From the NCBI GenBank assembly GCA_964621195.1, contig CAZULJ010000002.1, positions 19,665-83,664 of the forward strand: DNA of 64,000 bases. Direction: 5' to 3'. The stretch comes from an uncultured Candidatus Saccharibacteria bacterium (GTDB lineage: Bacteria > Patescibacteriota > Dojkabacteria > SC72). The translations under genes and the position numbers were made by a program. Each line of letters opens with the position of its first letter. Position 1 is the stretch's first letter. The notes under the pieces were generated by a model. It was not told the origin of the DNA and did no database searches. It saw only the letters and a program-made list of their open reading frames with translations. Positions 20,644 to 30,121 of this stretch are shown piece by piece.

Positions 20644-20670
20644 AAAGCACCGCAAGGTGCTTTTTTTTTC
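20644..20670 (+). terminator. rho-independent terminator closing the ribosomal super-operon
   Basis: GCACC-GCAA-GGTGC hairpin followed by a 9-T run, immediately after the rpsI stop. Confidence 0.7.
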
Positions 20671-20713
20671 TTTAATTGTTATTCTATTTTTGAATAACTT
20701 ATCCATTAAAAAA

Positions 20714-21736
20714 ATGAAAATAAAACCTTCACATTTATATTGGCAAATCCCTGTAATATTCATAGGAGTAGCTTCTTTCCTTTACCTACTCTTTTCAATG
20801 TTGCCAGAATATACAATACTCAGAAATGTCTTCCCTACTAAAGAGAAGAATACTATCAGTGAAGAAACAGAAACTGAGACAGAAACAGAAACATCGAATA
20901 ATGTTGAAGAAGAGAACGAAGAAGAGCAAGCGGAAGATACAGAAGGGATAGAAAAATATGAAAGTTTCCAACAATATTTAGTAAAAGAATCAAATTCTAT
21001 AGCAAATATTTATTACGACCTTATTTTAGATACGAAGAAAAAAGAGTTTAATTTGGAGATAGAAATCTTTGCTAATCTTACAGAGGAGAAATTATCTTTC
21101 TCAGGATCTTATGATATTGATGAAGAAGAGAATATTATGTCTCTATCTTTGCCCGTCAATTTATGGAAAAGCGAATACAAAATAATAGGGGATGAAAACA
21201 AAAGACTAGAGGTATTAATCTCAGAACCTAATAGAGATTATCCTGTAGGTCCTTATGCATCATTTCTAGAAGATATTCTTCCTAAATCTGGCCTAACCTT
21301 TATTTCTCGACAAAGGAATGAAGTTGAAAGCTGTGATAAAGAATTTCCTGAGGATGGTATACCCTATGATGCTGCCTATGATCAAGGCTATTTCAATACT
21401 AAACAAATTAAAGATGAGTCCTCAGATGTCATGTGTTATAGAGGTGGTACTGTGATCCTTGTTGTTAAGAACCAAACTTTTGTATTTATGTATAACCTCG
21501 ATTGTAAATCTTGTACAAGCTATTTCTATGGAACATACAATATTGTAAACAACAAAGTTGTTGTTTCATATGATAAGAAGAAATATGGGAACTTAGGCAA
21601 TATACAATTCGATATTGTAAAATTCACGGAACCATTCGGAAATATGGAAGTATCATATCTTCGATATTCTGGAGATACAGTACCTTCCATTGATCTATCA
21701 AAGGGTGATATCTTTCCAACAATGCGACCGGATTAA
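20714..21736 (+). CDS. membrane-anchored hypothetical protein with acidic (ETETETETE / EEENEEE) low-complexity linker
   Basis: Start moved to MKIKPSH because the ORF-track start overlaps the terminator. One TM helix, then an acidic repeat, then a globular Cys-containing domain. Confidence 0.45.
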   Translation: MKIKPSHLYWQIPVIFIGVASFLYLLFSMLPEYTILRNVFPTKEKNTISEETETETETETSNNVEEENEEEQAEDTEGIEKYESFQQYLVKESNSIANIYYDLILDTKKKEFNLEIEIFANLTEEKLSFSGSYDIDEEENIMSLSLPVNLWKSEYKIIGDENKRLEVLISEPNRDYPVGPYASFLEDILPKSGLTFISRQRNEVESCDKEFPEDGIPYDAAYDQGYFNTKQIKDESSDVMCYRGGTVILVVKNQTFVFMYNLDCKSCTSYFYGTYNIVNNKVVVSYDKKKYGNLGNIQFDIVKFTEPFGNMEVSYLRYSGDTVPSIDLSKGDIFPTMRPD

Positions 21737-21802
21737 ACATCATTGTGTATTCTAAAATAGAAAGTGATAATATATTAATATATAACTTGTGAATCTTTTA
21801 AA

Positions 21803-22657
21803 ATGAAAAAAACTCTCTTTTGGATTTTACTTTCTGTGGGAATATTAGGAGCTTTTGTTGTACCTCTTCTCTTCTTTGTTAACAACAAGACCGAAACTCA
21901 AGATGAAATAGGTGGGTATATGCCTGCACCATATGAATCTTCTGACTATTCAAGAGCAACAGACTCATATCAAGAATCTCCTACATACAACAATTCTGAG
22001 GGATCTAAAATACAAAAAAGAGGGAGTATAAATATACTAGTGAACAGTATTGACGATATGGTGAGTACTCTTTCTCCAATAACTTCTAAGTACGAAGGAG
22101 AGGTAACAGATATATACGATTCTGGAAGAGGTAATGACAGAGTACTAACACTGACGATAAAAGTACCTGTTGATAATTTTGAAACATATTACAGTGAATT
22201 AAGAAAATTGGATGGTGAGGTAACATATGCAAATATTGGTACAACAGATCTTACTGAACAGTATATTGATATTACATCTAGATTAGAGAACCTTAGAGAG
22301 GTTGAGGCACAAATAATCGAGATTCTAGATAAAGCAAATACCGTTACAGATATACTTGCAGTTCAAAAAGAACTAAATAATGTTAGGGGAGAAATTGAAA
22401 GCTATGAAGCACAAAAGAGATATTTTGATAGCCAAACCGACTATTCATATCTTTCTTTAACATTGAGTATAGATAAGGAAGGATTAAATATCTCTGATGA
22501 ACCATGGAAGCCATTGGGAGAGTTTAGAGCTGCATTAAATGCTTTAGTTTCTGTACTAAAAACTTTAGTAAATTCTACAATCTGGATATTAGTATTCTCC
22601 CCTGTAGTACTAATACCTTTTGGGATAGTGTTAGTAATTAATAAAAGGAAGAAATAG
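21803..22657 (+). CDS. membrane protein with N- and C-terminal TM helices and central coiled-coil (DUF4349-like)
   Basis: MKKTLFWILLSVGILGAFVVPLLFF TM, a coiled-coil region (LENLREVEAQI..LNNVRGEIESYEAQKRY), and a C-terminal TM WILVFSPVVLIPFGIVLVI. Confidence 0.35.
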   Translation: MKKTLFWILLSVGILGAFVVPLLFFVNNKTETQDEIGGYMPAPYESSDYSRATDSYQESPTYNNSEGSKIQKRGSINILVNSIDDMVSTLSPITSKYEGEVTDIYDSGRGNDRVLTLTIKVPVDNFETYYSELRKLDGEVTYANIGTTDLTEQYIDITSRLENLREVEAQIIEILDKANTVTDILAVQKELNNVRGEIESYEAQKRYFDSQTDYSYLSLTLSIDKEGLNISDEPWKPLGEFRAALNALVSVLKTLVNSTIWILVFSPVVLIPFGIVLVINKRKK

Positions 22658-22699
22658 GATGATTGTATGAGTGCCGTGGGGGTGATATAATACTCATGT

Positions 22700-22978
22700 A
22701 TGGCAAAATATACTGATAGAATACAAGTGAATGTATCTAATGTCCTTAGGGATAGAGTAATTTCCGAGGCAAAAAGGATGGGAATAACTGTTCCTGAATA
22801 TATTAGGTATGCCCTATTGAATGAGTTGGAAAGTAGTATCGAAGTTGATGAAATAGATAGAGCATTACTAAAAGATTTGCCAGAAGCAATAGAGGATGTT
22901 ACGAGTGGCAGAGTTCTTGAGGCTAGGACTCCTGAAGAAGCAATAGCAATTATGCATAGCTTCGATGAAGATGTTTAA
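22700..22978 (+). CDS. ribbon-helix-helix type II antitoxin
   Basis: N-terminal beta-alpha-alpha pattern (RIQVNVSNVLRDRVISEAKRMGITVPEYIRYALLNEL); 14-nt overlap with the downstream RelE-like gene. Confidence 0.55.
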   Translation: MAKYTDRIQVNVSNVLRDRVISEAKRMGITVPEYIRYALLNELESSIEVDEIDRALLKDLPEAIEDVTSGRVLEARTPEEAIAIMHSFDEDV

Positions 22979-23255
22979 GGTAGAACTCTCTCAAAGCTTT
23001 CTTAAGAAGCGTGCTAAATTAGTAAAGGGGAATCCTTCTCTTGCGGTTAGATATGAGAAATTCTTCCGTAGTTTTATGCTAGATCCTTATTATCCGAGTT
23101 TAAAGACGCATAAGGTGGAGATAACCAACTTCGGTCTAGTATATAGCTCTAGGGTCACTGGCGATATTCGTATTCTTTGGAAGAGTATCGGAAATAATTC
23201 CATTATTATACTTACTACTGGTGGACATGAGGGGAAATCTTCTGTTTACAAGTAG
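22965..23255 (+). CDS. RelE/ParE-family type II toxin
   Basis: 96 aa; C-terminal HKVEITNFGLVYSSRVTGDIRILWKSIGNNSIIILTTGGHEGKSSVYK matches the RelE/ParE core (..g.yR..y.v.....i.il.igHR.d.Y). Confidence 0.6.
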   Translation: MKMFKVELSQSFLKKRAKLVKGNPSLAVRYEKFFRSFMLDPYYPSLKTHKVEITNFGLVYSSRVTGDIRILWKSIGNNSIIILTTGGHEGKSSVYK

Positions 23256-23273
23256 TATCTAGTATAATATATA

Positions 23274-23570
23274 GCGTAAGTATCATATACGATCGCGCTA
23301 ATTAATAATTAGTGAGGAAAGTCCGGACTCCATGTTGTCTCACATAAGAGATGGGTGCCAACGAAAGTTGGGAGGGAGTGATCTTTCGGAGAAAAGGGCA
23401 GCAGAGAGATATACCGCCTAAGTTTCTTAGGTAAGGGTGAAATGGTGGTGTAAGAGACCACCGGGTATTACAGTAATGTAATATCGCGTGGTAACCCCCC
23501 CTGGAGCAAGGCTTAGCCGCATAGATAGATGATCGTTTAATACAGAATCCGGCTTACTTGATACTTACGC
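23274..23570 (+). ncRNA. rnpB: RNase P RNA (bacterial type A, compact)
   Basis: P1 helix GCGTAAGTATCA (23274-23285) pairs with TGATACTTACGC (23559-23570). Universal motifs GGAAAGTCCGGACTC, AGGGTGAAATGGTGGTGTAAGAGACCACC and ACAGAATCCGGCTTA are present. TATAAT at 23263-23268 sits just upstream. Confidence 0.85.
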
Positions 23571-23595
23571 ATTAAAATACAGGACACTAGAAAAC

Positions 23596-23904
23596 ATGAG
23601 TATAGAAGATGAGATATCTGAGGATAGTTTCGGAGATGAGGATGATGATTTTGACAAAGAACTAGACCAAGAGGTAATTATGGACTTAGCAATGGACTAC
23701 ATATGGGGGGAGGTAACAGATGATAATCCTTCCAATGAAAACGGTCTTTCAGGTTTAGAACAGGTAATAGCATATGCTTTTGATCTTGGCCAAGATGACA
23801 AGGAAGCAATCAAGAAGTTTAAGTATGGAGTATTCGCCAGAGTTTCAGAACTTAATGGAGGGTGTGATATGAGTGATTCAGAATTTTTCTCCTTGCAGGA
23901 CTAA
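23596..23904 (+). CDS. small acidic hypothetical protein
   Basis: ORF with a strongly acidic N-terminus (EDEISEDSFGDEDDDFDKELDQE); no recognisable domain. Confidence 0.35.
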   Translation: MSIEDEISEDSFGDEDDDFDKELDQEVIMDLAMDYIWGEVTDDNPSNENGLSGLEQVIAYAFDLGQDDKEAIKKFKYGVFARVSELNGGCDMSDSEFFSLQD

Positions 23905-24861
23905 TTCTTTTCCAATTCCATTTATAAAATCTTTCTCTTTTATTCTTTTCTTTCCCTCTATTTGTAAATTCTTTATCCTCAAAGACATCTTTCTATCCTT
24001 CGTAGAAACAAGAAATTTCTCATCTCTTACATAAAGAGACCCTGGTTTCAAGTTAGAACCAACATTAACAAGTTCAGCTTCATAAATCTTTAGCATCTTT
24101 CCCTGTAAAGATTTTACAGTACTCTCTTGTACAATAAACCAAGCAATTGGCCAAGGAATCATAGCTCTAACTAACCTTTCGATATACTCTGGTTCCATCT
24201 TATCCCAAATAATCTCTGCATTTTCTTTTGAAATATCCTTTTGCCAACAGTAAGTAGCTTTAGAATCCTCTTGTTTTGTAGGTTTAATATCACCATTAAT
24301 CCATCTCTCTAATACATCCCCCAAAACCTCTGCAGATTTTCTTACCAGCCTTTCTCTTAGAGATAGGTTGGTGTCGTTTTCTAAGATTGGTTCTTTGTAT
24401 ACCTCTAAAACATCACCTTCATCTAGACCTTGCGACATTAGCATGATGGAAATACCTGTTTCTTTCTCTCCATCAAGAATAGCCTTTTGTATAGGGACAG
24501 CACCTCTGTATTTAGGAAGAATAGAGAAATGAACATTAACTGCTTTGTACTTAGGATATTCCAAGAAAAACCCTGGTACTATTTCCCCAAATGCTTTACA
24601 TACAATTAGCTCTGGTTTAAAAATCTCTAAAGCTTCAGAATATTTTTCTTTGTTCTTCTCAGTATGAAATACCTTAATACCATTCTCAAGAGCATACTCT
24701 TTAACTTTAGAAGGGGTTAAGATTTGTTTCCTACCAACCGGCTTATCTGTTGTAGTAATTACTCCTACAATATCAAACCTTTTATCTTTATCTAGAGCCT
24801 TAAGTGTCTCCACTGATTCCCAGTCTGTTCCAAGAAAGAGAGTTTTGATTGATTTTTTCAT
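23878..24861 (-). CDS. fmt: methionyl-tRNA formyltransferase
   Basis: N-terminal formyltransferase fold (IVGVITTTDKPVGRKQILTPSKVKEYA...HFSILPKYRGA.PIQ) plus a C-terminal Fmt domain. Confidence 0.85.
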   Translation of the reverse strand: MKKSIKTLFLGTDWESVETLKALDKDKRFDIVGVITTTDKPVGRKQILTPSKVKEYALENGIKVFHTEKNKEKYSEALEIFKPELIVCKAFGEIVPGFFLEYPKYKAVNVHFSILPKYRGAVPIQKAILDGEKETGISIMLMSQGLDEGDVLEVYKEPILENDTNLSLRERLVRKSAEVLGDVLERWINGDIKPTKQEDSKATYCWQKDISKENAEIIWDKMEPEYIERLVRAMIPWPIAWFIVQESTVKSLQGKMLKIYEAELVNVGSNLKPGSLYVRDEKFLVSTKDRKMSLRIKNLQIEGKKRIKEKDFINGIGKELVLQGEKF

Positions 24862-24925
24862 GGCATAATTTTACTTTAATAGTAAGAAAAATGCCACCAA
24901 ATGTAATATAATAGCGATACGAAGC

Positions 24926-25966
24926 ATGAAGATATCAGAATTTAAATACAACTTACCAGAGGAATTAATTGCAAAATATCCTCCTAAGAAAAGAGGTACA
25001 TCGAACTTGTTAGTACTTGATAAAGAGAGTGGAGAAATCACTCATAGGAAGTACTTTAACATTCCAGAATATGTCCAGAATGGAGATATTGTTGTATTAA
25101 ATGAAACTAAAGTAATAAATAGTAGAACATTTTTTTTGACACCAAAAGGTAAGAGAGTGGAAGTACTCTTCTTAGAAAATATTGGAAATGACATATGGTA
25201 TGTCCTCATCGGTAGAGCTAGAAATGTAGAGATTGGAGATATTTTAAAAAATGAAGAAGGGGAGGAAATACAAATACAGGTTAGAGAGAGGAAAGATAAT
25301 GGTTTTGTAGTTCTTTTTACTGAAGGTTCAAGCCAGGTTCTTTTTGATAAATATGGACATACTCCTCTTCCACCATACATGAAAAGAGAAGACGAGAAAA
25401 GTGATAGGGAGAGGTACAATACTGTTTTCTCAAAGATAGAAGGTGCAGTGGCAGCACCAACTGCGAGTCTTAATCTTACAAATGAAATATTAAATGAAAT
25501 AGAGAAGAAAGGAGCAAATATTGTAAAGGTAGAGTTGAGAGTTGGATGGGGAACCTTCGCACCGATAAGAGAGGAAGAAATTGAGAACCACAAGATACAT
25601 ACTGAGTATATAAATGTATCTCAAGATGTGGCAGAAGCTATTAATAGCAGAAAAGGAAAAGTATGGGCATTTGGAACAACAGTGGCAAGAGCACTTGAAA
25701 GTGTAGCATATGAACAGAATGGAAAATATCTTCTTAAAGAATATTCTGGATATACCTCCCTTTACATATATCCTGGATATAAATGGAAAATTGTAGATAA
25801 TCTTGTTACTAATTTCCATATGCCAGATTCTTCTCTAATTCTTCTGGTTAGTTCTTTTGCAGGTAAGGATAATATACAAAGGGCATATGTAGAGGCAATA
25901 AGTAGAAAGTACAAATTCCTTAGCTATGGAGATAGTATGTTAATAGGAGGTAATTTTAGTAAATAA
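24926..25966 (+). CDS. queA: S-adenosylmethionine:tRNA ribosyltransferase-isomerase
   Basis: MKISEFKYNLPEELIAKYP...HTPLPPYM..R.....D...YNTVF....GAVAAPTA.L. Confidence 0.85.
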   Translation: MKISEFKYNLPEELIAKYPPKKRGTSNLLVLDKESGEITHRKYFNIPEYVQNGDIVVLNETKVINSRTFFLTPKGKRVEVLFLENIGNDIWYVLIGRARNVEIGDILKNEEGEEIQIQVRERKDNGFVVLFTEGSSQVLFDKYGHTPLPPYMKREDEKSDRERYNTVFSKIEGAVAAPTASLNLTNEILNEIEKKGANIVKVELRVGWGTFAPIREEEIENHKIHTEYINVSQDVAEAINSRKGKVWAFGTTVARALESVAYEQNGKYLLKEYSGYTSLYIYPGYKWKIVDNLVTNFHMPDSSLILLVSSFAGKDNIQRAYVEAISRKYKFLSYGDSMLIGGNFSK

Positions 25967-25967
25967 A

Positions 25968-27023
25968 GTGATGAATTTAGATATTCTGAAAGAAAAATAT
26001 TTCTTTATGCCAGATGCTACTAGAGGGGCAGTAAGATATTTAACTACAAAACAGCTAAAGGAAACGAATACAGAAGCTATTGTTACCAATACTCTCCATT
26101 TATTGATTCATCCAGGACCTGATGTAATACAGGAATTGGGAGGCATAAAGAAGATGATGGGATGGGATGGGATTGTCTTTACTGACTCTGGTGGTTTCCA
26201 AGTATTTTCGCTAATTCACTCTAAGAAATGGAAAGGTAAAGTACATGAAAATGGTGCTACTTTTAAATCCCCAAGGGAGGGGAATGTATATGAATTAACT
26301 CCTGAGAGTTCAATAGATATTCAAATGAAAATAGGGAGTGATGTTTTAGTTTGTTTGGATGATTGTAGGAAGACGGATTTAAATAGAGATGAAGCAGAGC
26401 AATCTGTAGAGAGGACGATAAAGTGGGCCAAAAGATGTAAAAATCACTTTGAAAAGGAATATGGTGGAACAGTAAGAACAGGAAAACTCCTGACATGTGT
26501 TGTACAGGGAGCGAACTTTCCTGACTTGAGAGAAAAATGCGCGAAAGCATTAGTAGAAATAGGGTTTGATGGCTACAACTTTGGAGGGTTTGTAGTCGAT
26601 AGTGAAGGAAAGCTAGTGGAGGATGAGATGTCTGCTGTAATAGAGAATGTTCCAAAAGATACCATTAGGTATGCAATGGGTGTAGGAAAACCAGAAGATA
26701 TTCTTAAGGCAGCTAAAATAGGTTTTAATCTCTTTGATACAGTATTAGTTACTCGTAATGCAAGACATGGAACACTGTATACATCTGAAGGTGAATTAAG
26801 GATTGGAAATGGTGAAATGGCTTTAGATAAAAGACCAGTAGATCCTAATTGTCATTGTGAATGTTGTTCAAATTATTCAAGAGCATATATTCATCATATG
26901 ATGAAAAATAGTGAGGCAACTGCATTGACTTTGGCAACGATACACAATCTCACACACTATCAGTCTTTAATTGAAAATTTGAATAAAAACATTGCTTCGT
27001 CCCCATTTTTTCTGTACACTTAA
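25968..27023 (+). CDS. tgt: queuine tRNA-ribosyltransferase
   Basis: TDSGGFQVFSL, zinc site CHCECCSNYSRAYIHH; follows queA. Confidence 0.85.
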   Translation: MMNLDILKEKYFFMPDATRGAVRYLTTKQLKETNTEAIVTNTLHLLIHPGPDVIQELGGIKKMMGWDGIVFTDSGGFQVFSLIHSKKWKGKVHENGATFKSPREGNVYELTPESSIDIQMKIGSDVLVCLDDCRKTDLNRDEAEQSVERTIKWAKRCKNHFEKEYGGTVRTGKLLTCVVQGANFPDLREKCAKALVEIGFDGYNFGGFVVDSEGKLVEDEMSAVIENVPKDTIRYAMGVGKPEDILKAAKIGFNLFDTVLVTRNARHGTLYTSEGELRIGNGEMALDKRPVDPNCHCECCSNYSRAYIHHMMKNSEATALTLATIHNLTHYQSLIENLNKNIASSPFFLYT

Positions 27024-27034
27024 TTTAAGTGTAA

Positions 27035-30000
27035 ATGAAAAATACTGCTCTAGTGAGAAAAACAATATGGTTGTTTATTGCCTTGATTGTATCCCTCTTC
27101 TCTTGGGTTTCTCTTGGTCGTGTATTTGCAGCTAACCCTACCCCTGTTCTTGGCTCTGCCGTAGTACTAAATACAGGTAATTACATTTTCTTTACCTCTG
27201 AAATATATGGTGCTAATGTTGTAATCTCAGAACCAGATGCTGGTAATAGCAATATTAGAACTATATCTGGATATGCTTGGTCGCAAGATTTAGGTTGGAT
27301 TAAGTTTTCACAAGGTGAAACTCCTGGAGTATTTGTTGACTACACGACGGGAAATGTTTCCGGCTCTGCCTATGTAATTAATACAGGCAATATATTGGAT
27401 TTCTCAAATTACGGTAGTAATACAGTCGTTGATACTACAACAGGTATATTTTCAGGTTATGTATGGTCGCAAGATATTGGGTGGATAGAGTTTGGAAACA
27501 ATGTCTATGTAGCTGACACTTTGCCACCTACCAATGTTAATACTGTAGCAGGATACACCTCGGATTCAAAAGCGAAAAGTATTACCTCAAGTGAAGTCCT
27601 AGTGTATAACCATACTTTGCCATACTTTGAATGGGAGACTCCAATTGATCCAAGCACACAATCTCATGGTTATCAATCAAGTGGTATTTCTGGATACTAT
27701 GTATATTGGGGACCAAGCTCTACTGCAATACCATCAAGTTCTGGAGTATTCCAAGAGGAAAACTATATAGCACCCTCTGTCTCTGAAAATCAAACTTACT
27801 ATCTTAGAATACAATCAGTTGATAATCACGGGAATATATATACAAATGAAGATCAAGATTACACGTTCTTTGTTTACAAAGCAGACTTACTCAATCCAAC
27901 AAATGTAAAATATATAACTACACCAAGTGGAACATTTAGTAATATAGAGGAGATGTTTTTTAGCTGGCCTAGTGCTGCTAATGTGATCAGTTCTGATGAA
28001 AACGGAATTCTAGGATGGCAGTACAGTCTTAATGGAATAGACAATTGGAAAGGTACACTCACAAGTGAAAGATTTGATTTCGAATACATTCCTTTCGAAG
28101 ATACAACATATATACACTATCTTACTAATGAGAAAGATTCTGCAAATGTAATTATAGGGAACAACATAATCTATTTTAGAAGTATAGATAATGCAGGTAA
28201 TTTCAGTGATTATGTAACAGGAGGGATCTCATACGGAGGTATGGCTCCTCAGTTTCCTACTGAATCAGTAGTGAGTGTATCTCCAGAAACAAATACCTCT
28301 AATGAATTCTCTATAACTTGGCCTAATGCTACTGCACAAGAAGGAAGAACCATACTGCGTTACTACTATATGATTAACACTACACCACCATCGACATACG
28401 AAACTCTCTCTAGTAATAGCTCCCTGTATATCCCAGTAGAAGGCACATCAGTATCTACAAGGATGCTAAGAGGATCTATAAAGGGGGTTAATACAGTATA
28501 CGTTGTTGCGGTTGATAACCAATATGGGTACTCTCAAAGTAATGCGATTACGGGGACATATACTTTGAACAGTACACTGCCAGACCCTATTTTAAACCTT
28601 TCATTGGCAGATACATCTATAAAAAGTGTACAGCTCTGGAGAGCTTCCCTTAACTGGGAAGAACCAGCATATAAAGGAGATGGCGATTTAACATATACAA
28701 TACAAAGAAGCACTGATGGTACGACTTGGGCTACTGTTGGCACTACAAAAGGCCTCTCATATACAGATACTCTACCTGAAAGCAGGCGTTACTATTACCA
28801 GGTAGGAGTCTCAGACTCTACAGATGAAAGTACAAACAATCCTACAATGTCCTCAGTAATTAACTCAATGATACAAGGTCGATATACAGAACCTGCAGAA
28901 ATAGTTTCTAACGTAGTACTTAAAAATATCAGTACAAGACATGCAACAATATATTGGACTACTAACAGAGAATCTGACACCAAAGTTATGTATGGCACCT
29001 CTAGTGGCATGTATTTCAAGGAGGAGGCATATATGTCTGAACAGACCAAAAATCATGAGATAAAGTTGAATAACTTGGAACCAGATACAACATATTACCT
29101 TATTGCAAAATGGACAGATGAAGACGGTAATACTGGTTCTACACAAGAAATATCTTTTAGAACAGACCCAATGCCAAAAGTATTTTCTTCCAAAGTGGAG
29201 AGAGTAGGCCTTGACTATGCAATGGTAACATTCGAGGTGTATGGTGCAACAAAGGCATCTGTTTTGTACGGTAAAAATCTCTCATATACAGATCTAAAAG
29301 AAGTTAATACCTCTGTTACAAGAAGTAAATACTCAGTAATAATCGATGGCTTGCAGGATGGAACAATATATAACTACAAAATACGTTTAACAGATATAGA
29401 AGGATATATTTATGATTCTATAGAAAATCATTCTTTCACAACTCCTCCTAAACCAAATGTTTCAAATGTTCGTATTCAGGAACTAAGGGAAGTTACAAGT
29501 CCTACAGTATTATTTAGTTGGGAATCTAATGCAAAGATAAATTCTATTATCAGATATAGAGAAAATACAGAGGGTTCAGGTGAAATGGATAAAATAGATA
29601 TGGAATATCTCGCAGGTTTACATGAGATGGAAATATCAGGATTAAAATCCGAAACTCAGTACTTAGCATATGTAGAAGGTCTTGATGAGTATGGCAACAA
29701 AGCGATATCAGAACCAATATATTTTACAACTCAAACGGATACTCGTCCTCCAAAGATATTCAATATAAAAGTTGAGGAAGATTTGATGAGTAGAACTGTA
29801 CAAAATGATAGAACCAGAAGTGCACAATTAATACTAACATGGGAAACAGATGAGCCTTCTACAGGTAGGGTCGAATATGGGGAGGGATCCACAGGTATTT
29901 ACTCTTCAAGTTCAAAAATAGACCAAGACTTAAGAACAAAACACTTAGTAATACTTTCTGGTCTTACTCCATCAAAGGTATATAGTTTACAAATAGAATC

Positions 30001-30121
30001 ATCAGATCATTTTGGCAATACGTCAAAATATGGCCCACTAGTATCTGTAACCCCTAAGGCAAGTGCTACAGTTCTTGAAACGGTACTTAATTCAATTTCA
30101 AAAATATTCAGGATATTCTAA
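27035..30121 (+). CDS. giant secreted/surface protein with fibronectin-type-III-like repeats and duplicated SGY(A/V)WSQD(L/I)GWI(K/E)F motifs
   Basis: Signal peptide/TM MKNTALVRKTIWLFIALIVSLFSWVSLGRVFA. Two copies of GYAWSQDLGWIKF / GYVWSQDIGWIEF. Multiple ~100-aa W/Y-containing beta-sandwich-like modules (..TIYWTTNRESDTKVMYG.. and ..VTFEVYGATKASVLYGKN.. are typical FN3/purple-acid-phosphatase-N-like). Confidence 0.6.
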   Translation: MKNTALVRKTIWLFIALIVSLFSWVSLGRVFAANPTPVLGSAVVLNTGNYIFFTSEIYGANVVISEPDAGNSNIRTISGYAWSQDLGWIKFSQGETPGVFVDYTTGNVSGSAYVINTGNILDFSNYGSNTVVDTTTGIFSGYVWSQDIGWIEFGNNVYVADTLPPTNVNTVAGYTSDSKAKSITSSEVLVYNHTLPYFEWETPIDPSTQSHGYQSSGISGYYVYWGPSSTAIPSSSGVFQEENYIAPSVSENQTYYLRIQSVDNHGNIYTNEDQDYTFFVYKADLLNPTNVKYITTPSGTFSNIEEMFFSWPSAANVISSDENGILGWQYSLNGIDNWKGTLTSERFDFEYIPFEDTTYIHYLTNEKDSANVIIGNNIIYFRSIDNAGNFSDYVTGGISYGGMAPQFPTESVVSVSPETNTSNEFSITWPNATAQEGRTILRYYYMINTTPPSTYETLSSNSSLYIPVEGTSVSTRMLRGSIKGVNTVYVVAVDNQYGYSQSNAITGTYTLNSTLPDPILNLSLADTSIKSVQLWRASLNWEEPAYKGDGDLTYTIQRSTDGTTWATVGTTKGLSYTDTLPESRRYYYQVGVSDSTDESTNNPTMSSVINSMIQGRYTEPAEIVSNVVLKNISTRHATIYWTTNRESDTKVMYGTSSGMYFKEEAYMSEQTKNHEIKLNNLEPDTTYYLIAKWTDEDGNTGSTQEISFRTDPMPKVFSSKVERVGLDYAMVTFEVYGATKASVLYGKNLSYTDLKEVNTSVTRSKYSVIIDGLQDGTIYNYKIRLTDIEGYIYDSIENHSFTTPPKPNVSNVRIQELREVTSPTVLFSWESNAKINSIIRYRENTEGSGEMDKIDMEYLAGLHEMEISGLKSETQYLAYVEGLDEYGNKAISEPIYFTTQTDTRPPKIFNIKVEEDLMSRTVQNDRTRSAQLILTWETDEPSTGRVEYGEGSTGIYSSSSKIDQDLRTKHLVILSGLTPSKVYSLQIESSDHFGNTSKYGPLVSVTPKASATVLETVLNSISKIFRIF

